Of a stretch of DNA of 64,000 nucleotides, positions 38,268 to 51,340 are shown piece by piece (the first letter of the stretch is position 1; the number at the start of each line of letters is the position of its first letter). Origin of the DNA: Vitrella brassicaformis CCMP3155 (lineage: Eukaryota > Protista > Chromerida). A program made the translations under genes and the position numbers. The DNA lies in assembly GCA_001179505.1 (NCBI GenBank), contig CDMY01000285.1, positions 71,076-135,075 on the forward strand. The letters are read 5' to 3'. The notes under the pieces were generated by a model. That model worked only from the letters and a program-made list of their open reading frames with translations, was not told where the DNA came from and made no database searches.

Positions 38268-40610
38268 ATGACGATGCGGTAAGCTGGGAGGGTGTACAGG
38301 GTCACACACGAGGCAGGCGCGGTCGACATCTGCCATTTCACGGCTACACATCGGAGCCAGTAGCGAAGGACGGGCAGATCTGGTGGAGGGAGGGAGGGCA
38401 GACAGCCAGGGATGGGAGCACCACAGACAGCAAGGGAGGAAGGGAGAGGGCGGCGGCAGCGTCAGATCAGCGTGCAGCCCGCTTTCTGGGTGGCCGACAT
38501 TTTCACGAGCTGATGTGCCCTCTCTGTCTGTGTGTGTGTGCCCCATGCCCTGCAGGCCAACGGTGACGGTGTACGACCTCTCCGGAGAGTCGCTCGACAA
38601 GACGGTCAAGACCCCCGCGGTGTTCGGTTCGCCCATCCGTCCCGACCTTGTGCGTGAGGTCCACCGTGACGTCAACAAGAACAAGCGTCAGGCCTACGGC
38701 GTGGTGCTCGATGCCGGCTACGGCTCGTCGGCCGAGTCGTGGGGCACTGGCCGTGCCGTGGCGCGCATTCCCCGTGTGCCGGGCGGCGGGACCCACCGCA
38801 GCGGTCAGGGTGCGTTCGGCAACATGTGCCGCGGTGGAGGGATGTTCAATCCCAACCCCACCTGGCGACGATGGCACCGAAAGGTACAGGAGGGAGCAAT
38901 CCAGGAGGAGAGGGGAATGGGATGTGGTGTGTTGTCTTGTGTGCGTCAGGTGAACGTCACCAAGAAGCGTCACGCGGTGGCTTCTGCGGTTGCTGCCACC
39001 GGTGTGCCGCCCTTGGTGATGGCCCGAGGACACCGGATCGGCGACATCCCAGAACTGCCACTCGTCATCGCCGGTAAGCAACCACTCCCAGAAGGCCACA
39101 CACACACACACACAGACAGACAGAGAGAGAGAGACGCAGAGAGACGCAGGAGCAGACAGACAAGCTGGATTGGTGTTGGTGGATATCACACACCTGAATG
39201 TTGTGTGTGTGCGCTTCAGACAAGGTGCAGGACGTTGCCAAGACCAAGACGGCGATGGAGTTCCTCAGCAAGGTGGGCGCCACCAACGAACTCGACAAGG
39301 TCAAGGAGTCCAAGAAAGTCCGAGCGGGCAGAGGTAGGCACACACCCCAAACACACACACACACACACATGCGGTCGTTCGTTGTGTCAGGCAAGCTGCG
39401 CAACCGTCGCTATGTGCTCCGTCGCGGCCCCCTGGTCGTCTACGAGAAGGACAACGGCATTGTGCGAGCCTTCAGGAACATCCCTGGTGGGCAAACACAC
39501 ACACACGCGCGGCACCAGCCCACCTTGTGCCCATGTGGTCTGTCTGTCTGTCTGTCTGTGTGTGCAGGTGTTGAGTTGTGTTCGATCGACCGTTTGAATC
39601 TGCTCCAGCTCGCACCCGGCGGCACCATCGGCCGATTCGTCATCTGGTTGGTCCATGCATGCGACAGAGGCAGACACAGACAGACAGACAGACGGACGGA
39701 CGGACGGATGTGTGTCGGCTGCAGGACGGAGTCTGCCTTCTCCAAGCTGACACCTCTGTTCGGCACCTACAGGTGAGCCGCCACAACACAATACAACACA
39801 ACACACCACACGGCACCACACAGTACACTCACCGTCCACCTACGCCTTCATGCGTTGGCTGCGTGCGTATGTGTTGTCACTCAATCAGGTCTGGTAGTGT
39901 GCTCAAGAAGGGTTACCACCTGCCCCGTCCGGCTTTGGGCAACGCCGACCTGGCCCGCCTGATCAACTCGAGCGAGATCCAGTCGGTCGTCAAGCCCATG
40001 CGGATGGCGCCCAAGCGCACCGGCATGCGCAAGAACCCCCTCAAGAACCTGTAAGCCACACACAGGGTGGATTCGTGGATGGATGGGCCATGGTTGGCTG
40101 TGTGTGTGGTTCGTTCAGGAGCGTGCTGGCTCGTTTGAACCCTGCGGCTCTGGAGAAGAAGGCCCTGGCCCGCCTGCAGCAGACCGAGGGCACTCCCGAG
40201 GTGCGTGCGCACCCACACACACACACACTCTGAATGGCATCGGACCAGCCAGGAGGGACACATCGCAACACATTGCCTATGTTGTGTGACTGCGTGCCTC
40301 TTGTTTAGCGTGAGGCGTTGCTGAGCCAGAAGCGTGCTCGCGAGGAGGCCGCCAAGGAGTTCGACGCCGTCGACGAGAAATACCGACAGGAGGTGCGTAC
40401 CTAACCTACACAGATGCACAGACAGACACACTGACGGACACGAGGGTCTTCATGTGTGTGGGTGTGTGTCTGTGTGTGTGTGTGCAGATGATGGACGCCT
40501 TCAACACCTATGCAGAGGGCCTGCCCCTGAAGAAGCAGAAGGCCGGCCCGGGCGAGGCCGCCGAAGAGGCCGACGAGGAGGGCGACCAGGAGGAGGAGGA
40601 CGAGGAGTAA
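38268..40610 (+). CDS. RPL4: 60S ribosomal protein L4 (uL4)
   Basis: RPTVTVY...[68 protein letters not shown]; TAA 40608-40610. Confidence 0.99.
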
Positions 40611-41585
40611 ATCAATCGATCAAGCAAGGAATGAACCTCACTCACAGGCACACACCCATACATGCAGACAAGACGGCCAGCGCACATACCGACAGCACCT
40701 CTACTCGGGGATGCTCGGCGTGCAGCTGGTCCTCGTCCTCTGCATGGTGGGTGGGTGCAGTGGGTGGGTCGGTGGTTGGTCGTCTGGCTGTCTTGTCCGT
40801 GTCGGGGCGCCCACCTGTATCGGCTGACCAGGGGACGTCGTAAGGGAAGGGAAGGCGCCTCGCCGTCTTCTCCTTTACTTGCGGCAGTGCAGGGTCACCG
40901 TTGCTGGTGGGTGCCGTTTGTTCGGCTGCGTGTGCGTACGTGTTTGAGTGAGTGCTCCGCCGCTCACATGACCCCCGTGATGGGACCAAACAGTTGCGTG
41001 ATTGCATGGTGTGGATGTGACAGACGTGATGCATTCGTCGTGAGTGAACGGCTGGCGATTTTCCACCAGAAAGGCGTGTGAGCACTGTGTGTGTCCCCCT
41101 CCAATTCTTTCCATTTCCCCGCCAGCAGTGCAGTACACACATACCATTTGCTGTGTGTGATTTTCAACCACCCGTTGGCCTTTGTTGCAGTGAATCACAT
41201 GATCCCCCACGAGGACTGACTTGTTAAAAGGTGCAACTGAGAAGCACCTGACAGACATGCACTGGACAAGGAGAAACAACGGGCGGAAAAAAAACCATGG
41301 ATGGATGGAAGAGCCTGACATGAAGCCGAGTCTCACTCACTCAAACATCACACTACCCTACCACCAATCCACGTCCAGTCATCACTAACACCCGCCCGCC
41401 ACCACCTAACACCGTCTCTCTCGCTATCACACACACATCCAGCCGGGCCGGAGCAAGAAAAAAGCCGTACACATAACATACATTCCCGCCTGGATGTGTG
41501 TGTGAGAGAGACAGACGTGATTGTGTCTCCCTATGGATACACGCCGAGGCAGCACACGTCAGAGAAAGAGAGAGAGGCCTTAAGG

Positions 41586-42226
41586 TCATAGGGCAGGGTA
41601 GAGTGGCTGCACGTTGTGTAGCAGTGGGCGCTGCTCGTCCGGCACACGTGACTGAGTACCGTCCGGTTCACGCGGTTGGGGAGGTGACGGCAGGGCGGCA
41701 GGAGGCTGTAGTGTTCGCAGTCTTTGCTGTATCGTGGACAGTGTTGTCTGTATCGTGGACAGATCCGCGCGCACAGCTTGAACCTCAGCCGAAAAAACAT
41801 CTGAAAGGGAAAATACACGGTGAACACAGCATCCATCGGTGCCCGGTGTGCTTTACGGGGTGGGATGGGCATGTCAGGTACGTCTTGGTCCGGCACGCGT
41901 GGCGGAGCGGCGGCCGCTGCACCAGCACCCTGAGGGGGAGTTGTGAGCGCTCTCAATCGAGCCTGACGCTTCCTGATTGATGGACGGCAAAATAGACACA
42001 CAGACAGACAGACAGTGCTTGTTCTGTGTCGTGTTGTGTCGTGCAGTTGTCTGCCTGCCTCCGTGCATGTCTTTCAGTCTGGGTGCCCAACTCCCTCCTC
42101 TCTGTCCCGTGCGTACTGCCAGTCGACGAGGTATTCCACTATCCCCCAATGCTTCTTTGAGGGCCGGTAACACTCATGGACCTCACTCAGATGGCGAACC
42201 ATAGGAAGCGTGTTCGTGTTGCCCAT
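41586..42226 (-). CDS. Small (~146 aa) orphan protein, 3 predicted exons, possible N-myristoylation site and short coiled coil
   Basis: gccgccATGG Kozak context. MGNTNTL...GIVEYLVDWQ|KRQARL...|VFSAEVQAVRADLSTIQTTLSTIQQRLRTLQ...PLYPAL*. GT-AG introns were chosen by eye. Confidence 0.5.
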
Positions 42227-42607
42227 GGCGGCGGGTTCTCTCGTCCCCTCCAAGCTCCGAAGTCACAGCCAGTCAGTCAAACTGTTAAACCACTTCCTTC
42301 TTACCTCGCTGTGTCGGTTGTGTGGTTTCAGGACACGAGGCAGGCCGCCTGGATGGATGCGTGCTGCAAGGAAGCTGCATGAATGAGGAAGGCAGAGAGG
42401 TGACGAAATGAAGCGCTTCCTTCGCCAGTGGATCTGCGTGTTACCTGCCGGGCGACGCGTGTGGTTTTGGTGCGGAGATCTGTCTTCTGCAGCGACCTCT
42501 GCAAGCTTAGCTCGCGATCCGCTGAGATCTTTCCCCGAAATGGCTTTTCGCGGCGCTTCCGCCGGTTCTGGTGCATAGGCTGATCATGCGGCTTTCTTCT
42601 CTGCGAG

Positions 42608-44550
42608 ATGTCGAGCTTGCGAAGAAGCTCGCCTCCGTGTAAATACATCCGGTCCATGATTTGCGACGACGATGGCCGTTCTGATGAGCCGCAGGAGTTT
42701 CAGGAGATCCGTTGGCCATCGTGGTGGCGGTCTCGCCCCGCATCAGACATCGCGGCGCACGTACCGGCACTCTACAGACCAAGGCAAGGACAGATCTGGC
42801 CAGATCTGCGTCTTGGATGGATGGATGGATGAATGGTGGCCATGCTGGTCTCTCTTTTTCTGCGGCAGAAAGAAGCTGGCCTTCGGCGTGAGGGCCATCG
42901 ACCAGATCCTCCTGTGAGCGAATGTGGTGTGTCTAAGGCGCTCATCTGGCCGGCTGTTTGGTGTGGTGTGGTGTGTTGCAGGGGTGGGATCCCGTCTGGA
43001 TGCATCGCGGAGATCACGGTGAGGTGCAGCTGCGGCCTTTATTCCACTGGCCATCTGCAGTGGGAACCATCAATGTGTTTGTCTGCGCTGCCATGCCCAC
43101 AGGGGGAGGCGGGCAGCGGCAAGACGCAGACGGCAATGCACCTCACGGCGCAGGTCCACTCCACATGAGCCAGCCTCATGCCAGTTCTCTCACTTCTCTC
43201 GGTGTGTTGAAATCCCTTTCTTGTGTGCAGGCCTTGGTATCTCAGCTGGACGTGCCTTCGTCGGGTCGGCAGCCCACAGATGCGGCCGTGTACTACATCT
43301 ACACCGAGGGCTCGCTGCCTGCCGAAAGACTTTCGCCCATCGTCGGTCGGTGACATGGATGGATGGCAACCACGGAGGGAGAGAACACAAGGCTTTGTTT
43401 GTTTGTTGTGCTGGTGGGTTGTGTGCGTTTCATGCATATGTCAGAGTCGTCTGTGCGGCGTCACTATGCCAGCCGGGGTGTTGCGGGTGGTGAGTTGGAG
43501 GAGAGGGTGCAGCACTGTGTGGGGAAACTGATGGATCGCATCTATGTGGAACACGTCGAGGACGAGGGGGTGAGATGAGCGGGGAGCGAGGGAGGGAGGG
43601 AGGGAGGGAGGGGATGCCCGGAGAGGGCAGACGGGGCATGAAGGCCTTAGATTAGCACATCTGTCTCTCTCTGATGTGTGGCACCTTTGCAGCGTTTGTC
43701 GTATGTGCTGAGCAGCAAGATACCCCTGCTCATGAGTGTGTTCAAGGTAAGTCCTTCCCATTCGTCTCATCTGCAGATGCCCTCCCTGCCCGTTTGCTTG
43801 TGCGTCAGGTGGTGCTGGTGGTGATCGACTCCATCGCAGCCATCTTCCGAGTCCCACAGCGGGGGCTCAACAGGGAGTCAGTGAGAGAGAGAAACACCCG
43901 CCACGCCCGCCACGCCCGCCACGCCACGCCACGCCAACATTCCCCTGTCTGTCTGTCTGTCTGTGGTTTACGGCATTCAGCGGTCTGGCGGCTCGGTCTG
44001 AGTCTCTGTTCATCTTGGCGTCGCTGCTCAAGCGCATCGCCGCCAACCATTCGGCGTGGGTCGTTGTGACCAACCAGGTGTCCCTCGCACAGCTGCCCAG
44101 GGGATTCAGAGGCGACGCCAACCAATCACACGCTATGGTAGACTCGTAGGCAGGCAGGCAGGCAGCCATCCATCCATCTGTGTCGTGTATTGTTCTGTGT
44201 TGGTTGTGATGTGTGGCGTGGGAAGGTGCGTCCGACGCTGGGCATGGCGTGGTCGACGTGTGTCAACTGCCGGATGATGCTGTCCAAGGCGCGCTGGAGT
44301 GGCGGGCGGGAGGTCGCACCCCGACAGTTCCACCTCGAGTTCGCACCACACGCGCATCCTGAGAGGTACCTGTACACCCAACCAGACAGAGACAGACTGA
44401 GGCACATAGCAGTGTCTCTCTCTCTCTCTCTCTCTCTCCTCTCTGTGTGTTGACTTCTACTGATCTATCCATCCATCTATCCATCCACGGGTCATTAGGT
44501 GTGGGTTTCGCATTGGAAATGGCGGTATAGAGGGCGTGGAGGAGGCATGA
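42608..44550 (+). CDS. XRCC3: RAD51 paralog XRCC3
   Basis: LAFGVRAIDQIL.GGIPSGCIAEITGEAGSGKTQ (Walker A), YIYTEG, LVVIDSIAAIFR (Walker B), VVVTNQV, PTLGMAWSTCVNCRMML. Start is either ATG 42608 or ATG 42657. Confidence 0.85.
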
Positions 44551-44938
44551 GACATGAAAGAAAGGGACCTGTGGTCTTGCGTGTGGTGTGGTGTGGTGTA
44601 CAGCGGCGTGTTGCTTGCATGTCTGTCTGTCTGTCTACTGACTCATTCTTCAACTCGATCATGCTCATGTGACGAAGATATGATTCTCACTGACACAATC
44701 TCTCAGTCCATCAAGCAAGCAGTCAATGACAACGAAGCAACTCAAACACTGCCACTCGGCAGGCAGGCAGGCAGGCAGGCAAACACCCTTCTGGCCCATC
44801 CATCCATTCATCCATTCATCCACCCATGATCCATCTAATCTGCAGCAGTCAGTCGGTCGGGATCGATCAGTGTGACAAACAAACACCAACCAGGTAGGCA
44901 TCAAGCAGCGCAGGCCACAAACAGACGTAAAAGGCATC

Positions 44939-45706
44939 TCAGTCGACGGTTTTGCCGCCCCCGCAGCAGCCGCCGCCCTCCTGCGGCCGGCTAATGTGTG
45001 CCTTGAGCGGTGGGGGGGTGAACTCGCCGCCCTGGCCCTTGCCGCTCATTTCCTCGTCCGCCACAAAGCACTGAAGCGTCGTGTCTATCGACATCGCCAA
45101 CACGTCCTGTCACACACAACACACACGCACACGAGAGAGAGAATGGGTGTGGGAGTGCAGCTGGGTGTGGACCATGATGGTCGCCCCGATGACGAGTCCC
45201 ATGAGGCAGTAGACGATGGTCGGGAAGATGGGCGACGAGATCTCGTCGCCCTTCCACGCCTCAGTGATGAAGAAACCGACCACACCCGATGCCGCGACGA
45301 TGCCCAACAGACCCAGGTACCTTCACAAGACCACAACACACAGCACACAAAGAGGGAGACCTTCCCTCCCTCTCTCCCCTTGGTTGTGTCTCCCTCTCTC
45401 CGTGTGTGTGAACAGGTTTTCTCTTTTGAAGCTTCACCTGAGTCCCCTGCCGACGACTGCGAGTACGGCGATTCGGAATGCGTTGCGGAGGATGAGGCAG
45501 AAGGCGGCCCACGCTGATCTGCAGAAGTTCTTGCCGAGGAGGGCCACCTGGATGTAGGCGTTCTTGTTGAGGAACTTGATGCACCGCTCGAAGCACGCCA
45601 CCAGGTACGCCATACAGAGCAGGAGCTTGACGTACACCATGTTGGCGATGCTCACGCCGCTCAGCAGCTTACCGATGCCGCACGGGCTGCACGCCGCGCA
45701 CGCCTG

Positions 45707-45738
<32 letters not shown>

Positions 45739-47749
45739 AGAGGCCTCTCTCCCTCCCTCCCTCTCTCTCTCTCTCTCTCTGTCTCTTTCTGTCTGACCTT
45801 TGAAGGGTTTTTCTCGGCGTATTGGGCCTGTCTGGCGAGGTACTGGAGGTAGTACTTGATGAACTGGATGATGGCGAGGATGAGCGACCCGAAGGCCACG
45901 CTGCCCATGTGGTAGAAGCAGGCGTTCCACGCCGCCCTCTTGACGGCCCCCCGTGGCTTCTTGTTGCCGTTGGCGTCCGGCGCCGTGAAGTACCAGATGC
46001 CCACCGCACCCGCCAGGATCATCTGATTCATGCCGATCAGGAAGGCGTTCGTCCACAGCAGCGAAAAGAACACAAAGGCGAACCCCCGCTGGGTGTCGGT
46101 ATTCCAGCTGTAGCGCTTCCCTGCCCACACAGGGAGAAAGAAAGAGAGAGAGAGAGAGAGAGACAGGGAGAGACACAGGTGTGGGTGTGTCCAGGAAGGA
46201 TGCGAGAAGCCGACCTTTGTTAGATTCCTCGAGGTCGACGCTGCTCATGATGAAGAGAGTGATGGTGAGCCAGACGGCGTAGAGGACGATGGTGAGCAGG
46301 AAGAATGTGATCGGCAGCAGCAGCACCGTCGGCACGTTGTAGATGAACATGGCCGCCGTCTTGACGATCCCGATGCCCAGCCGGATCTGCTTGCACAGGC
46401 ACAGCGTGATCAGGAATATTATCGCGCCGATAGCCCACACGACGTAGCCCGTCCACAGCAGCATATCCTGGTACGCCTTGCCGTCCATCTCAGGCGAGTA
46501 CACGTAGCACGCCGCCCCGCCCGCGGCGAACATGGCGAACACCAGGAGGAGTGCCACCCAGACGATCACGCCAGCGCAGTACCGGAGGAAGATCAGGTAG
46601 AGCATACCGATGATGAGGGCGATGATGCCGCTGATGGCGAGGATGGGCCAGGTGACGATGATGTCGCCCACGAAGTTGGTCCACGAGTCGACCAGGCCGG
46701 ACGGCAGGTAATCGGCGACGTCCTTGGCCTCACCCGCGTCAAACAGCTCAGGAACGCAGTAGCTGTGGGCAGAGAGACACGAAACAGGAGAGATGGACGC
46801 CATTCAACAAGCAGGTAGGCAGGCTCACCGGCCTGCGATGGAGATTGTGGTTGAGGGCACCGGTACGCAGTATTGCTCAGCATATGGGCAGAGGGACTCA
46901 TCGAGTGCGGGGAGCTCGGGCTGACCGGAGACACCCCAAAGAGTGTAGTTGCGAAATGACGTCACCGTCTTGGATTTGCTGGGGCAGTCAGGCGTCTCCG
47001 TCTCCGTCTCGTTGTTTGTCGAATCCTTCTCTATCTGACGAACAACAACGAGACGCAAGACCATGGTAATGAAGTGTCTCCATCGGAACCCTCCCTTTCG
47101 GTCAGTTACCGGAACGTCTTTGAAGCAGGGGCATTTCTTGACGCAGACGGCTCTGAAGAAGGTGGAGAACTTCGTGACGTCGATCTCGGGGGTGGAGGCC
47201 CACTTTGAGGGCTCATTGTACGGGAAGCCACTGCCGAGCTCTTCGGTGTTGAGGGTGAAGTAGAGGAGGGGGTAATCCGCCTTGTCATCATCAATGTTCT
47301 TGTCCTTGACCCCACAGAAATTGTTCTCGAAGTCCTAACAGACAGACAGACAGACGGACGGACAAAGGGGGCCATCTATGTGTTGTGCTGGTGTTGCCCG
47401 AGCGTTACTTGTCCAGCAATGAGTCTGTTTGGGTTTCCCTTTGAGAAGGCCACGCTGGCGATGGCGATGACGCCGACCACGTGTGCGATGAACAGGAGAC
47501 AGCAGAGGATGTCGGTGCAGTGGCGCTTCTTGACGGGGCCGTTGCTGACATCGTTCTTGCCGCCCTTGCGGAACTCCTCGCCGTCCTCTGCGCTCGTACC
47601 GACGCCTGCATGCCACCACACAGACACACATACAGACAAAGGGAAGATCACACATGGGATGATGCATGGCGTGTTTCGACAAGACCTTGGCGGCCGGGCT
47701 TTTCGTCCGTGACGACGACGACGGTTGTTGGCGCCTGGTTGTGTGCCAT
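44939..47749 (-). CDS. Choline transporter-like protein (CTL/SLC44/Pns1 family)
   Basis: RHCTDILCCLLF, YHMGSVAFGSLILAI, FERCIKFLNKNAYIQVALLGKNFCRSA, AMSIDTTLQCFVADEE. The start is approximate. Confidence 0.93.
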
Positions 47750-48073
47750 CCCGTCTCCCCCTACTTGAGCAACGTGTATCTGATAAACACACACACAGCA
47801 AGGGAGGAGAAACAGACGAACAACCGACGCGTGAGCTGCGCTTTTGAGCGCAGCACGAGAGCGTGGAGGACTCTCTACATGCAAACCAATTCAGCTCTCT
47901 TGACGCTGGCGGAATATCCTCACTTTCGTAATGGTTGCTGAAGGGACGCACACCACAGCCGACACGCAATGCGGTCGGCGTTTGCGACAACTGCCGCTGG
48001 CAGTCCTCTCGAGACTGCGGGCCCCACACCCCGCCCCCGAGACGGCGAGCTCGGAGCTTAGCGCAGATCTCCC

Positions 48074-49641
48074 ATGCAAATGTCATTCAGCGATGCGGAC
48101 GTCCTGGCGCGCCCACTAGTGATCATCGACGACCTGTGGAAGCGCTGCCCGAGGGATCAGAACGGCAAACCAACACACGGTCGGGAAAGGCACATTCGCA
48201 GATCTGGTAGATCTGATGACTGTGATGGGTGGATCTGTGGGTGGGTTCGTTCAGGGGGCGAGTGTGGATGGTTCTCTGACCGGCTGCAGCTGGATCAGCC
48301 ACAGAATTGGGCAGATGTGCCATTTTTCAGTTCGACGAACGAGGTGGTAACGCACCGTGTTGGCACAAAGAAGGATGGATGGATGGATGGATGGACGGTA
48401 TGTGTTGCCGGCCACACACACAGGTAGCCGACGGCACGTTGGTGCGTTTTCGTGGCATGGCTTCCGACATCGACTCGAACACCCGCATCTTCGTGACGGC
48501 CTACCCATCCGCCGATGGCGACGGCTACAAGGTGGTCAAGTACAGGCACGACGACGCCTCCCGTCACTGGTCAGGGGCCGCCCATTCGCTGCGGGACTGC
48601 TGCGTCACGCACATGCAAGCACACCACCTCATCCCCATCCCTGGCCAAACACAGTGGGCCAAGCGCCGAGACGATGAAGGTGCGTATGCCATGGCAGGGA
48701 GGGATTCATGAATTATCTGTTCCTCCCTCCGTCGCCTTTTGGGTTTGGGGATGGGATGCGATGCCCACAGGTGCCGGTAGTGGTGACACGAGTGGGTCGT
48801 CGTGTGTGGTGCTGGTGGACAGGGAGCCGCAGGAGAGCCACCCCCTCGTTCGGGCCGGCCTGCAGCTGCATGAAACCGTCGAAGTCATCGGTAGGTATAG
48901 GCAGGCAAAGCAAAGAGGGAGAGGGGAAAGGTCGCCGCTTGTCGCCCTCGAACTACGTTTCTCGACCTACGCAGGTGTCTACGAGAAGAAAACTGTGGAC
49001 CTGCCGGACACGTACGTGCGAGAGGAGACCCATGGTGCCAACAAAGACCTTTTGCGTTTGTGTGTGTTGCCTGCCTGCAGGAGCGGTGGGGAGTGCGTCA
49101 AGGCGTCGTGGAACCCATGGTACCAGCCCTTCATGACAGCAGACGTCGACGGCGGCGGCAGCAGCAGCAACCCCGAAGACACCTCTGGGGAGGACGGCAG
49201 TTATGGCAACAGCAGCAGCAGCAACAAGACCTACCGGCACGTCATCCACGCCATCGCTGTGCGGACGCTGCAGCACTACTCGCCCATTCTGGCATACACA
49301 CCGACGGCAGATGTCGAGGTGTGTTGTGTTGTGTTGTGTTGTTGGTGGACGCACAGAGAGAGAGAGGGAGAGAGGGACGAACGACCAAAGTTCGGCCTGT
49401 GTGTGTGTGGCGTCAGGCCCGTAGCAATGGGTTGGATTTCGCCATGATGCGTCGGAGGATCATCAAACACATAGCAGGGTAGGGGGGGCTGGGAGGCGAG
49501 ACATCACCTCTTGCCGTGTTCCCTTCTTTGTGTGTCTCTGTGGCGCTATAGGTGTCTGGGTGGCGACGAGCTGGCCGCCACCTACGTGCTGTGGAGCCTC
49601 GCCGCAAGGTGCCTGTCTGTGAACACACAGACGGCGTGCCA

Positions 49642-49675
<34 letters not shown>

Positions 49676-51202
49676 TGCAGTTGGTACAAGAATCGTCGTG
49701 GCGAGAGGGTCAACCCCTTCTCGCTGAGCATCCAACACCCCACCATGGCCAACACACACACAAAGTCTCGCCTCATCAACTCCATAGAGCAACTGGCAAG
49801 ACACACAGACAGCCACACAGAGAGGGTGAGGGCTCATCCTTGGTGTCGGTCATGCAGGTGTGTCGCGTGGTGAGGTTGCCGATGTCCCGTGAGGCTTTGC
49901 AGAAGATGCGTGTGGCGTCGGCCAAGCACGACGGGCTGGACACTGACGACATGGTGCCGGGCGTGTTGGCCTTGGCCGATGGCACGTTGGTGCTGCTCGA
50001 CGAGACACTCATGACTGAAGGTGTGTGTGTGTGGGGGTGCGGGCGGAGATGGATGGATCGATGGGGTGGATGGGGCGGCTGGGATGGCTTGTCTTGTCAG
50101 GCACGCTGCACCCCCCTGGGCTGTCCAACCTCATGGCCCTCGACAGATGTGTACGTCTGTGTGCAAACACGCAGAGGATAATTATTGTGAGAGAGTGTCT
50201 GCACCTGTATGACCAGGTGTCTCAGGGCCTGGTAGAGGTGGACTACGGCGTGTATCGGAAGGACTACAGCGTCGACCTCAACTTTATTGCCATCGCCACA
50301 GGTAGGTATGCTACCGATTGGATTGGTGCACACGTGTCGCGTCTCTGGCTGCCCGCCGGTGGCTGGCTATAGGTTCGTCGCTGCTCAAGTTTGTGGACGT
50401 CGCGCTGCCCATAGAGCCGCTGCCCGTACACACACACACACACACACACAGGAGTCTCAACGAACCATCCCTCCAGCCATCAACGCCGTTATTGTATGTA
50501 TGTGTCTCGTGTCAGGGCTATGACATCGGCAGGGACGTCAGCCCGTCAGTAGTAGAGGTTGACGAGTCGATGCTGGACCAGATGCGGTAGCCAAGAAACA
50601 CGGACACAGGCTCATCGTTGTGTAATATGTATGTCTGTGTGTTGACGAAATGAAATGCAGCTTCTACCTCACAGTGGTCAAGTCCCGCTCCCACGACAAG
50701 CCCCTCAACCTCACACAAGACGTAAGCCACCAAAGGAACGAGACCGGCCGACACACGCCGGTTGGTATGCTCATGTCTCCGATGTATGGCGGTGTATGTG
50801 TCATGTGTCATGTGCAGCAGATGGATCGCATAGCAGCCAAGTTCGCCGAGGAGCGGGGCAGGGACAGATCCATCCCAAGTGAGCAGAGCACCTGCCAACC
50901 AGCCACAGCCACATCATCTTCCTGTGTGGTGTCTGTGCTGTGCTGTGTCCATCCATGCGCAGCCGACACGCTGCACCTGTGGCTCAAGCTGGCAAGGGCC
51001 AACGTGGCCACCTACGGCAGGACAGAGTGCGAGCACCACTCGTGGTAAGGCGTATCTCTATCTGCTGCACTGGGTGGTGGGTGGATGTCACCATCACCAT
51101 GATGACGACGACGTTCGGTGCAGGTTTGACGATGTGGTTGCGATGGAGGACGAGAGGCGCAGGCGCGTCAAGGCGAAAAGGGACACCCCGCAGTGCAACT
51201 AA
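48074..51202 (+). CDS. MCMBP: MCM-binding protein
   Basis: GTLVRFRGMASD, LGGDELAATYVLWSL, PGVLALADGTLVLLDETLMTEG, GLSNLMAL, VEVDY, LHLWLKLARA; stop 51200-51202. Confidence 0.88.
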
Positions 51203-51340
51203 CTAGTCAATGACGGACGAATCACGACTTAGTCGACGGACCGGCCGACTGACTGACTGACCATGTGTGTGATGGATGTTTGGTGTGTGTTGGGACATAC
51301 GGCGTTCATTCAACGCACACAGACTCACTCACTCACTCAC

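Noticed and set aside
38280-40490. Intronic snoRNAs in RPL4
   Set aside because: No convincing C/D (RUGAUGA...CUGA) or H/ACA structure was seen by eye; a covariance-model scan would be needed.
42176-42382. ORF as the first exon of XRCC3
   Set aside because: It overlaps the better-supported minus-strand ATG at 42226; XRCC3 splices coherently from 42608/42657.
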